Notes under the pieces: model-generated | Databases searched by the model: none | Told to the model about the DNA's origin: nothing | What the model saw: only the letters and a program-made list of their open reading frames with translations | DNA from: Acutalibacteraceae bacterium | GTDB taxonomy: Bacteria; Bacillota; Clostridia; Oscillospirales; Acutalibacteraceae | Assembly (NCBI GenBank): GCA_036307745.1 | Contig: JAXJXA010000111.1 | Location: forward strand, 43,499-107,498 | Direction: 5' to 3' | Length of the DNA: 64,000 bases | Made by a program: the position numbers and the translations under genes | In this document: positions 30,229-39,399 of the stretch, in pieces | Numbering within the stretch: position 1 is the stretch's first letter | Layout of the letters: every line of letters begins with the position of its first letter

Positions 30229-32115
30229 ATGGAAAACAAGACATTTTACGAATTACCAGAGCGTCCTGATTTTGGAACAGCTTGTGAAAATAAAGAAGCA
30301 GCAGAGAAGAGAGCTTATCTTATCAGAGAAGATGCTGATGAGTGCTTGAAAATTATTGCTAATAATGCAGAGTATTGTGCTGTATATTCGGATACTATTT
30401 TGAATGCAGCTATTGAACAACCCTTTAAGATGAACTTTGTTAAATCGGGTTTGAAGGATAAGTATTTGAATTCTTATAAAAATGTTTATGATATTTTGGT
30501 AAGACAGTTCCAGAATTTAGAGCTGAGATATAAAGATTTAGAAGACAATTATCATGTAGATTCTTTTGTTAAATACAGTCTAATTGAATTAGATAAGACG
30601 TATGCACTGGGAATTTATCATGAAAATTACTCTAATAATAGCTATGAGAATTTGGTATCACAGGTCGAATTTGTTATTAATGGTACTTATGATAATGATA
30701 ATGTATTAGGCGATTTATTGTCTGCTTGTGTTTCTCAACAGATGGAAGAAAAGAAAGAAGCCAACAACAGTCAATTCCAGTTCGTTAAGTCTGATACCAA
30801 ATTAAAAGACGTAGCTGGATTGAAAGAAGTTAAAGAAGATTTAAAACAGATTATTGATTTTATTAAACGCCCACAAGTTTATAAAGCTTATGGGGCAAAA
30901 TTACCCAAGGGAACCATTTTATATGGCCCTCCAGGAACAGGTAAAACTCTGTTAGCAAGAGCTGTTGCTGGTGAAGCTGATGCTAATTTTATCGCATTGG
31001 CTGCTACTGATTTTACCGCTTCTAAATGGGGCGAAGTGCCTAAGATGATTAAAGAATTGTTTGATGTTGCAAGAAAATATGCTCCTTGCATTATCTTCAT
31101 TGATGAAATTGATATGCTGGGATTGAATCGTGGTGCTGATAAGGCTAATAGTCTGGCCCATAGAGAAAGTTTGAATGCTTTTTTGTCTGCTATGGATGGC
31201 TTTAACCAGTATGAAGGTGTGACCGTTATGGCCGCAACAAATAGATTGGAAGACTTGGACCCCGCTATGACAAGACCTGGCAGATTTGATAATATCTTCG
31301 CTGTTAATCTGCCCAGTAATATTGATGAAGTAGAAGAGGTTGTTTTAATTTATATGAAAAATAAGAGATTTGATGCTAATGTCAAATCAAGAGAGGTTGC
31401 TAAGAAACTGTTAAGAATGTCACCTGCTATGATTGAAGGTGTTTTAAATGAAGCTTGCTTGATTGCGATTAGAAAAAATAATGGCATTATTCGTGAGTGT
31501 GATATCAATGAAGCTTATCTGAAAAAGATTATTAAGGGCCATGTAAAAGATAATCAGGAAGTGCCCTATGAAGAGTCTAAGATGGTTGCTATTCATGAAG
31601 CAGGACATGCTTTGGTTGCTGTTGCTCAGGGTGTTTCTGTCCAGAGTGTTACTATTATGGGAACTACAAGCGGTGCTGGCGGATTAACCATGATGAACCC
31701 AAGTGATAAGCATTATTTCAGAAAGTCAGATTACGAAAACAGTATTAGAGTTTCTTATGGCGGAAGAGCTGCTGAACAGTTGGCTTTTGGTGTGGATATG
31801 GTAACAACTGGTGCGTCTGCAGATATCAGAAATGCTACCAGTCTTATTAGAGAAGCAGCTGAAAACTATGGATTCAATCTGTGTGATACAAAAACTCATG
31901 CACCTGTTGTGTATAAGGCCATTTCACAGGCTCATATTGAAACAGCTGCAAATAAATATTATAAAGAAACAATCGAAATCTTAAAAAATAATGTAAAAGC
32001 TTTAAGGGAGATTGCCAGTGCTTTATTGGAAAATGGCACTATCTCTGGTGAAATGGTACAGGCTATTTACGAAAATAATAAAAATATCGGAATTGAATTG
32101 GTTTCCGAAATGTAA
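30229..32115 (+). CDS. FtsH-like AAA+ Zn-protease without transmembrane segments
   Basis: GPPGTGKT, IIFIDEID, AATNR..RPGRFD, HEAGH, GGRAAE, TTGASAD; hydrophilic ~180-aa N-terminus. Confidence 0.9.
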   Translation: MENKTFYELPERPDFGTACENKEAAEKRAYLIREDADECLKIIANNAEYCAVYSDTILNAAIEQPFKMNFVKSGLKDKYLNSYKNVYDILVRQFQNLELRYKDLEDNYHVDSFVKYSLIELDKTYALGIYHENYSNNSYENLVSQVEFVINGTYDNDNVLGDLLSACVSQQMEEKKEANNSQFQFVKSDTKLKDVAGLKEVKEDLKQIIDFIKRPQVYKAYGAKLPKGTILYGPPGTGKTLLARAVAGEADANFIALAATDFTASKWGEVPKMIKELFDVARKYAPCIIFIDEIDMLGLNRGADKANSLAHRESLNAFLSAMDGFNQYEGVTVMAATNRLEDLDPAMTRPGRFDNIFAVNLPSNIDEVEEVVLIYMKNKRFDANVKSREVAKKLLRMSPAMIEGVLNEACLIAIRKNNGIIRECDINEAYLKKIIKGHVKDNQEVPYEESKMVAIHEAGHALVAVAQGVSVQSVTIMGTTSGAGGLTMMNPSDKHYFRKSDYENSIRVSYGGRAAEQLAFGVDMVTTGASADIRNATSLIREAAENYGFNLCDTKTHAPVVYKAISQAHIETAANKYYKETIEILKNNVKALREIASALLENGTISGEMVQAIYENNKNIGIELVSEM

Positions 32116-32136
32116 GTTGATTTAAGGAGGTAAGAT

Positions 32137-33846
32137 ATGAAACGAATAGCAAAAGTACTACTTTGTCTGTTGCCTGTTCTTTTATTATTGGTAGTTCTTG
32201 CCAGTTTTAATACAACAGGACAAGTTGAAGATTATACAGTTACATACGAAGAGTTTCAAAATATGATTAAAAATGGGAAGGTTGAAGAAGTCACGATTGA
32301 CTTAAATGCTGAAACTTTCACTTTTAAAGTTGAAGACAAAGAACATTCCTATCAAACAACTAATCCACGTTATGACGATTTTAAGAAGGATTTGTTGGAG
32401 CAGGGTGTAGAGGTTAAAGAAAAGAAAGACTTTAATTATTCCATATTGACCAGTATGTTAACACCTCTTGTTATTTTTGGTGCAATGATGATATTTATGA
32501 ATAAACAGATGGGCGGAAATGATAAAGTGGGCTATCAATATGATAAGTCCAATAAGGTTACATTTAAGGATGTGGCTGGATTAAAAGAAGTTAAGGAAGA
32601 TTTAATTGTAGTTACAGATTTCTTGGCTAATCCTGATAAGTATATAAAAGCAGGTGCTAAGCTGCCGAAGGGTGTTCTGTTGTATGGCCCTCCAGGAACA
32701 GGTAAAACTCTACTGGCAAGAGCTGTTGCTGGTGAAGCCAATGCTAACTTCATTTCTGTTTCTGGTTCAGACTTTGCTAATAAGTTTGTTGGAGCAGGTG
32801 GAGATAGAGTGAGAAATCTGTTTAAAGAAGCAAGAAAGCAAAAACCATGTATTATCTTTATTGATGAAATTGATGCTGTTGGTGGTTCAAGAAGTGGTGG
32901 TATGCACTCGGAGAATAGAAATACATTGAATGCATTGTTAACAGAGATGGATGGCTTTAATACAGGTGATGGTATTATCGTTATTGCTGCAACAAACAGA
33001 CTGGAAGATTTAGACGATGCATTAGTGCGTCCTGGTAGATTTGATAATATCTTCGCTGTTCCATTACCCTCTACAATGGAAGAGAGAAAAGAAGTAATTG
33101 ATGTCTATGCAAGAGGTAAGAAATTTGATGAGAGCGTAGATTTAGATATGTTAGCAAAGCAGATGATTGGCACCTCCCCTGCCGACATTGAGGTCGTTTT
33201 GAACGAAGCCAGTATCATTGCTGCAAGAACTCATAAAGGCATTATCTCAAAAGAAGATTTAGATGAAGCTTACTTAAAGAAAATTTTGAAAGGACATGTT
33301 AAGAGTAATGAAGATAGAGATGAGGAACAGCTGAGATTAGTGGCTTGGCATGAAGCTGGTCATACAATTGTTGGTACCTTACTGGGTCAGGAAGCAACAA
33401 AGGTTACTATTCTGCCTTCAAGTAGTGGAGCTGGTGGATTTACCATTTTCTCACCATCAAAGCTGGGTATGTATTCCCGAGAAGAGTTAGAAAATAGAGT
33501 ATGCTCCTTATATGCAGGACGAGCCGCAGAAGAGTTATTAGTTGGCAGAAACAGAATAACAACAGGGGCTTCTAATGATATTGAAAGAGCAACAGCCATT
33601 ATCAACCAGATTGTAGCTAAGTATGGTATGTGTGAAGGTAATGGAGAACCTACTGTATTGGATTATTCACAAGTGCCAGGCAGCGATAAGGTTGTTATGG
33701 AAAAGATGAATGAACTGGCAGATAAGTATTATGCAAAAACATTACATATGTTAGAAGCAAATAGTGATAAATTAGAGAAAATGGCCGATGAGTTGTTGAA
33801 GAAAGAAACATTGTCCGAAAGTGAGATTTTAGAAATTGTAAGGTAA
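32137..33846 (+). CDS. ftsH: Membrane-bound FtsH protease
   Basis: Two TMs flanking an extracellular domain, AAA motifs, KFVG pore loop, HEAGH, TTGASND. Confidence 0.92.
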   Translation: MKRIAKVLLCLLPVLLLLVVLASFNTTGQVEDYTVTYEEFQNMIKNGKVEEVTIDLNAETFTFKVEDKEHSYQTTNPRYDDFKKDLLEQGVEVKEKKDFNYSILTSMLTPLVIFGAMMIFMNKQMGGNDKVGYQYDKSNKVTFKDVAGLKEVKEDLIVVTDFLANPDKYIKAGAKLPKGVLLYGPPGTGKTLLARAVAGEANANFISVSGSDFANKFVGAGGDRVRNLFKEARKQKPCIIFIDEIDAVGGSRSGGMHSENRNTLNALLTEMDGFNTGDGIIVIAATNRLEDLDDALVRPGRFDNIFAVPLPSTMEERKEVIDVYARGKKFDESVDLDMLAKQMIGTSPADIEVVLNEASIIAARTHKGIISKEDLDEAYLKKILKGHVKSNEDRDEEQLRLVAWHEAGHTIVGTLLGQEATKVTILPSSSGAGGFTIFSPSKLGMYSREELENRVCSLYAGRAAEELLVGRNRITTGASNDIERATAIINQIVAKYGMCEGNGEPTVLDYSQVPGSDKVVMEKMNELADKYYAKTLHMLEANSDKLEKMADELLKKETLSESEILEIVR

Positions 33847-33969
33847 ATAATTTTGATAGAGTTGTAGAATTTTTATTCTGCAGCTCTTTTTTTTTTTGCA
33901 GATTTTCAGTTAAATCTTCTAAATTAAAACAAAAGCTAAAAATCTAAAATACTGTTTGGAGGTATTTAT

Positions 33970-34485
33970 ATGAATAATAAAGAATTAGAAAAGATTTTAG
34001 AAAACCATATCTCCATAGGCTATACTGAGCTATTGGATTTGATTAAAAAAGGTCCTAATTTACCACCTGCAAGACAGACGGTAAGACTATTGTTTGTATT
34101 ACATTTGTTAACGAACTTTTTGACTATATTTCTGCCGATGTTATTGCTAAATTTATTTTTGCTGTTGTTCCATTTTCATTTTTATTGGATGACTGTGTTT
34201 ATTGCACCACTCATGTATGCTGGTATTGTTGAGATTTGGTGTGGGAAGGTTCACATGGACCCCGCAACTTTCTTTGTGATGACTAGTCTGGATAGCTATG
34301 AAGTGAAAGACAAAAGCAAATTAACCGAACGCCAAAAACAAATAATATTTTCACTGTGTGTAGGTTTCATGTTAGTGCTAGAATGGTTCCTTCGTTATGA
34401 TGTGTTCAATTTGCTGATGAATAACATGATTCATTTTTCCAATATCATTGATATTTTCCAATATTTCTTTAGAACACTGCCCTGA
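33970..34485 (+). CDS. Hypothetical membrane protein
   Basis: RBS GGAGG; three to four hydrophobic segments. Confidence 0.75.
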   Translation: MNNKELEKILENHISIGYTELLDLIKKGPNLPPARQTVRLLFVLHLLTNFLTIFLPMLLLNLFLLLFHFHFYWMTVFIAPLMYAGIVEIWCGKVHMDPATFFVMTSLDSYEVKDKSKLTERQKQIIFSLCVGFMLVLEWFLRYDVFNLLMNNMIHFSNIIDIFQYFFRTLP

Positions 34486-34838
34486 TACCTTTGTTCTCAT
34501 AGCTCTGGTAGCTCTGTAAGCCATTATAAGGCATTGTAGACTGATTATATGTCATAGTGTGTAAAAGCCTGTGTGAGGGCCGCTGTGAGCCTGTGAGAGC
34601 TTGTCTTGGTCTATTAGTGATAATATACTAAGCAACATATAGAGTTATTTTCTTCTGTGAGGCCGCTGGTTGACTTGAGAGAGACTTTTATAATTTTGTA
34701 GTGTGTTTATATTGTTTTGAAAAACGGGCGATAGAGAGGCTTGTAGAGGTTTATAGAAGATATTAGAAGATTATTGGGTCAGTAAGAAATTAAGATTAGA
34801 GATTAAAGCAATATTTCCAAATCATTATTACTTACCAT

Positions 34839-36032
34839 GTGACATATCGATTACTTAGATTTTTTAAGGGAGATTTTATTATGAACAATAAAGATAACTG
34901 TGCAGATTCATATAATAAGGGGTTTCGATACGTAGAAACTACTGCAATTGGCCATGAGTTGATGAATGCTACATTAGCAAATCCTGTTTCGGTGATAGAG
35001 ATTGCTGGCAGCGATGTAGAAATGTCAACAAATGTTGAATTTAATTCATTTGTCTTAGATGTATCAAATATCAAACTTACACCCATTCAACATTGCTTCA
35101 TGTCTGTGATATATACGATGTATAAACAGGGCATTAAAGAATTCACAATTAACATTTTTATGAATGAACTTGCTCGAAGAACAGTCAGTTTTGATAAAAG
35201 TAATGCTTTAATAGGTGCTGCAGCCGTTAAGAGAATAATGAAGTCAGATGCTCAACAATCCATCGAGGCAAATTGCCCAGAGCGTTTAGAATCAAATATT
35301 ATTAGATATAATGAGGAAGAACAAACTCATTCCAATTTCAAAAATAATTATGATGTGCTAATGGCTATTGACGATGCTTTGTGCCCTGAAAGCCAAGAAC
35401 AATTAGACCTTTATAATTCTGTATTGTATGAATTAATTAAAATGTCTCTTGTTTCCATTACGTTAAACTTGGAAAAGTATAATATCCAGTGGCATAGTAA
35501 ACGATATAGAAAATTAACGTCCTATGGTCAACTATTACCACTTAAGATAGAAACTATTGAAGATTTACATACTCATAAAAAGAAAATTGTTTTTACAATT
35601 ACTGGAATGCCCATATTGTATGATTATGCGGAACAAGCTAATCGAATAGCCAAAATTCCAAATAAAGTTTTAGCTGTTAAATCAGCTAGAAATCAAAATG
35701 ATATGGCTCTTACTCAGATTATTGATACAAAAATATCAAAAATGAGGAATATGAATAATAACTACAAATCAAGGAAAATATCTTATGAATATTATGCTTG
35801 GGAAAAAGACCCCGCAACTGGTAAAAGAGTTAAAGTGAGAAAAGGATTATTTGAAGAAATCGGTGTTTGTGAGGAACAGTATTCAACAAAATCAGCTTGG
35901 TCTAAGAAAAAACGAAAAATTCATGAACAAGTTGGAGCAATATTACAAAATGCTGTAGATAATAATTATATAAAAGGTTTTGAAGAACGCAAAGATGGGC
36001 AGTCACTTCTTGGATATCAAATTATATTATAG
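34839..36032 (+). CDS. Putative plasmid replication initiator (start possibly 34881)
   Basis: Basic protein with P.LY.YA....I and a C-terminal wHTH-like ILQ.....YIKGF segment, followed by iteron-like repeats. Family not confirmed. Confidence 0.5.
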   Translation: MTYRLLRFFKGDFIMNNKDNCADSYNKGFRYVETTAIGHELMNATLANPVSVIEIAGSDVEMSTNVEFNSFVLDVSNIKLTPIQHCFMSVIYTMYKQGIKEFTINIFMNELARRTVSFDKSNALIGAAAVKRIMKSDAQQSIEANCPERLESNIIRYNEEEQTHSNFKNNYDVLMAIDDALCPESQEQLDLYNSVLYELIKMSLVSITLNLEKYNIQWHSKRYRKLTSYGQLLPLKIETIEDLHTHKKKIVFTITGMPILYDYAEQANRIAKIPNKVLAVKSARNQNDMALTQIIDTKISKMRNMNNNYKSRKISYEYYAWEKDPATGKRVKVRKGLFEEIGVCEEQYSTKSAWSKKKRKIHEQVGAILQNAVDNNYIKGFEERKDGQSLLGYQIIL

Positions 36033-36038
36033 TGAACG

Positions 36039-36079
36039 AAAAACGGTTATCAATCATTGTAGGTTGATACCGTTTTTTT
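36039..36079 (+). terminator. Intrinsic terminator after the putative rep
   Basis: AAAACGGTTATCAA..TTGATACCGTTTTTTT. Confidence 0.75.
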
Positions 36080-36100
36080 ATTCACAAAAAGTTCATATTT

Positions 36101-36169
36101 ATCACAGAAGTGGCAAACGAGCAATCGCAGAAGTGGCAAACGAGCAATCGCAGAAATGGCAAACGAGAT
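36101..36169 (+). repeat. Three tandem 23-bp direct repeats (iteron-like)
   Basis: ATC(A/G)CAGAA(G/A)TGGCAAACGAG(CA) at 36101, 36124 and 36147, with no spacers. Confidence 0.9.
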
Positions 36170-37215
36170 TTGATTTAAAAAGTCAAACTTCTCTTATAAC
36201 GACAACGACTTTTTGAATTTTTCATTCACTTATAAAAGATGAAAAATGAAGGTATCTAAATGAAAGTAGAGAGTGCTTCATTTGACCACCCCAATGCTAC
36301 CTATTGGATTTCTCTTCGAGGCCCTGAAACAGCATTGCTTGAATTTGTTATTGTGTCAACACGAAGGTCAGGGCTTCTTCAATAGAGAACGCACCCTTAC
36401 TGGAACTGCTAAATATCAAGACAAATGATTTTTGATATTAAGTGCCAGACGGGTGCTGATTGGAATAACGCAGCCGAATGGCTGCTCTCCAGGGACAGTG
36501 GGTAAAGTTGTATGGAAGGTAAGCTAATGTCAATAACCAAACCAACAATTTATAAGGTTTCCAAAATGCATTACAGAAGCCAACCTCGTGTTTGTGTTGG
36601 CTGGCGTAATGCTACCAGACCCATTGGAAGTTGGAACAGTGGTTATTGCCTATTAAAGTTTTGTTATTGCGAATTTCCAACTTCCATTTTCTGAAAAAGT
36701 TTTGTCAAAAACTTTTGATGAAAATCCCTCTCTTAAAATATCTATAGATACTTAATAACAAATACTAAAGATAATATAACAACAACAAAAGATAATACAT
36801 CACTAAACAATAAAGAACATAAGAACAAAACAGCAACAAAACAATAATCAACATAACCAAATAACTATAACATAACAACTAATATAACAACTAACATAAT
36901 AAAACACAAAAGACATTAAGACAAAACATCATAAAATTAAATACTAAAAAAGAAAACAGATGGCCAAAACTGGCAAAACGAATTTGCTTCAAAATATGCC
37001 ATTAGTGCTTATATATCAATGCTTTTTAATGATTTCTATTGATTAACAAATCTACTACTGTAGGGTCCAAAACTGGGAAAGCACTAATATTTGATTTTTG
37101 TTTACATTATTACAATCAAACAATATTATTTGTAATATTTTTGTCTTTTTTCACTTAAAACTTCTATATTACATTAAGAAATAAGTAAAACACTAATTTT
37201 TGTAGAGGTAGAATT

Positions 37216-37689
37216 ATGAAAAATATTATTATTTGTTTATTAGGCTTATCTTTGGGTGCTGTTTCAGCTGTCCAATATCATAATTACCAAGAAGAAAAGC
37301 AATATCAAAACCAGTTAGAAGAAATTTACGCTAAATATGACACCAACCAAGATGGTGTAATATCTGATGAAGAACAAGAAATCTTGTTAGCTGATATCGG
37401 TAAAGATAGTGAGTTCACTGAAGATGAGGTCAGAGATGCTGTCAATCAAGCAAAAGATATTTTATGTCCATACGACACGAACACTGACGGTCAACTTTCC
37501 CAAGACGAAAAGATGGGCCTTGTTCATGATGTCTATGCTGCTTATGATAATGGCGAAATTCCAGATGGGCTATTTAAAGACTTTCTGGCTGGTTACGAAG
37601 CTTATGTAAACAGATTGAATGGCCTTTATGACCTGTTGGATGAAGTTGGTGTCGGCGGTCCAAGTTATCATATTGAGCTGAGAGACTAA
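37216..37689 (+). CDS. Secreted or membrane-anchored EF-hand protein
   Basis: N-terminal hydrophobic segment; EF-hand loops DTNQDGVISDEE and DTNTDGQLSQDE. Confidence 0.8.
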   Translation: MKNIIICLLGLSLGAVSAVQYHNYQEEKQYQNQLEEIYAKYDTNQDGVISDEEQEILLADIGKDSEFTEDEVRDAVNQAKDILCPYDTNTDGQLSQDEKMGLVHDVYAAYDNGEIPDGLFKDFLAGYEAYVNRLNGLYDLLDEVGVGGPSYHIELRD

Positions 37690-37901
37690 TCAATATCCTC
37701 TATGAGGCCTCTGGTGGCCTTGTGAGCGGATTTCTTCTATTGTGAGTGTTTGTATATTCTTTGTTTTAACAGAATAAACACATCAAAAATTCTCTTACTT
37801 CTATAAGTAATGAGATGAATTGTTTTTTTATAAAATACTTCTAAATTTTGCATAAAATAAGAAATTAATAATAGAAACACGTTAATAAAAGTGGTGATAT
37901 T

Positions 37902-39056
37902 ATGCTAAAATCTAAATCTGATAATAAATGCAATATCGCATATAAATATAGAATATATCCAACTGAAGACCAAAAAGTATTTTTCGCTAAAAACTTTGGT
38001 TGTTGCCGTAAAATATGGAACTTGATGCTTAATGATAAAATTAATCATTATAAGGCAACAGGTAAAATGTTACAAACCACACCTGCTCAATATAAAGAAA
38101 CCTACCCATATCTTAGAGAAGTTGATAGTTTTGCTCTTTGTAATGTTCAAATGAATTTACAAACGGCATATAATAACTTCTTCACTAATAAGAAGACAGG
38201 TTTTCCGAAATTCAAATCAGCAAAACATAGTCAGAGAAAATACACCACTAACAATAGTACTAAAAAAGCAACAATTTATATAGTTGATGATAAATATATC
38301 AGATTACCTAAGATTGGCTTAGTTAAAGCTTTCATTCATCGTAAAGCACCTGCTAATTATATACTCAAAGCAGCAACTATTTCAGAAGAACCAGATGGCT
38401 CATTTTATGCTTCTGTTTTATATGAATATGAAGATAATGTTCAATTTGTAGATAGTATTCATACTCATATTGGTTTAGACTACAAGTCTGATGGATTATA
38501 TACAAATTCATTAGGTGAATGTGCTAATATGCCACATTGGTTTCGTAATAACCAAAAGAAATTAGCAAAAGCACAACGTAAACTAGCTAAAAAGCAACAT
38601 GGCTCTAAAAACTATGGTAAGCAAAAACATAAGATTGCTAAAATCAATAGAAAAACAGCTAACCAAAGAGCTGATTACTTACATAAGAAGTCAAAAGAAC
38701 TAACAGACAAATATGAACTTATATCTGTAGAAGACTTAAATATGAAAGGAATATCACGCTCATTAAAATTAGGTAAAGCAACTATGGATAATGGATATGG
38801 TTTATTCTTAAAAATGCTTGAATACAAACAACGCAACAAGGGGCATTATTTTATAAGAATTAATAAATGGTATCCATCATCACAACTATGTCAGTGTGGC
38901 TATAAAAATCCGACAACCAAGGATTTAAAAGTACGCACTGTTGTTTGTCCTAAATGTGGTGCTATATATGATAGAGATGAAAATGCTGCTATCAATATAG
39001 ATAATGAAGGCCTAAGAGTTTTATATGAACAATATAATATAAAACTTGTAGTCTAA
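37902..39056 (+). CDS. tnpB: TnpB RNA-guided endonuclease
   Basis: AYKYRIYPT HTH, GLDYK / VEDL / DRDENAAINI RuvC triad, CQCG..CPKCG zinc finger. Confidence 0.95.
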   Translation: MLKSKSDNKCNIAYKYRIYPTEDQKVFFAKNFGCCRKIWNLMLNDKINHYKATGKMLQTTPAQYKETYPYLREVDSFALCNVQMNLQTAYNNFFTNKKTGFPKFKSAKHSQRKYTTNNSTKKATIYIVDDKYIRLPKIGLVKAFIHRKAPANYILKAATISEEPDGSFYASVLYEYEDNVQFVDSIHTHIGLDYKSDGLYTNSLGECANMPHWFRNNQKKLAKAQRKLAKKQHGSKNYGKQKHKIAKINRKTANQRADYLHKKSKELTDKYELISVEDLNMKGISRSLKLGKATMDNGYGLFLKMLEYKQRNKGHYFIRINKWYPSSQLCQCGYKNPTTKDLKVRTVVCPKCGAIYDRDENAAINIDNEGLRVLYEQYNIKLVV

Positions 39057-39064
39057 TATAATAT

Positions 39065-39207
39065 TCATGGTAAGGCAGGAACTGCCTGAACCAATACGCT
39101 TGTGGACACAGTGTAAGACTTAATAATACATTCTTGTGTTATTAAGCAGTTGTGGTAGAAGCAAGAAGCTCCTACTTCAGATTATAATTAAGTAGTGAGT
39201 AGTTCAC
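39065..39207 (+). ncRNA. omegaRNA (reRNA) scaffold of element 2
   Basis: AGGCAGGAACTGCCT hairpin, ACGCTTGTGGA, long hairpin and right-end hairpin directly downstream of tnpB. Confidence 0.65.
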
Positions 39208-39399
39208 TCGTCTGTTGTGGCCTTTTGTGTGGCCTGTCGGGTATACGTTTCGTTCATCACTTCTGCGATACCAGTTCATCAAATTGGTTAACGATTAAAC
39301 CCTCATAAATCTAAAAAACTCTTTTGTGTTGCCTTCGAAAACTCATAGAATATAGGAAATTATTAATATAGAAATTTTTTGATAGGAGGTGTTCTCCAT

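Larger units (their letters stand above)
37770..39207 (+). mobile_element. IS200/IS605-family (IS1341-like) tnpB-only element 2
   Basis: Left hairpin CTCTTACTT-CTAT-AAGTAATGAG (from 37792); right end GAAGCTCCTACTT..AAGTAGTGAGTAGTTCAC; inserted after TTTAA. Confidence 0.85.

Noticed and set aside
36101..36169. CRISPR array
   Set aside because: The repeats are contiguous with no spacers, and no cas genes are present.
35980..36694. ORFs 35980..36216 and 36512..36694
   Set aside because: They cross a terminator, iterons and inverted repeats, have atypical composition and show no recognisable motifs.
37902..39056. Nuclease-dead TnpB (TldR-like regulator) or Cas12
   Set aside because: Both TnpBs retain the D-E-D RuvC residues and intact IS ends, and there is no array.
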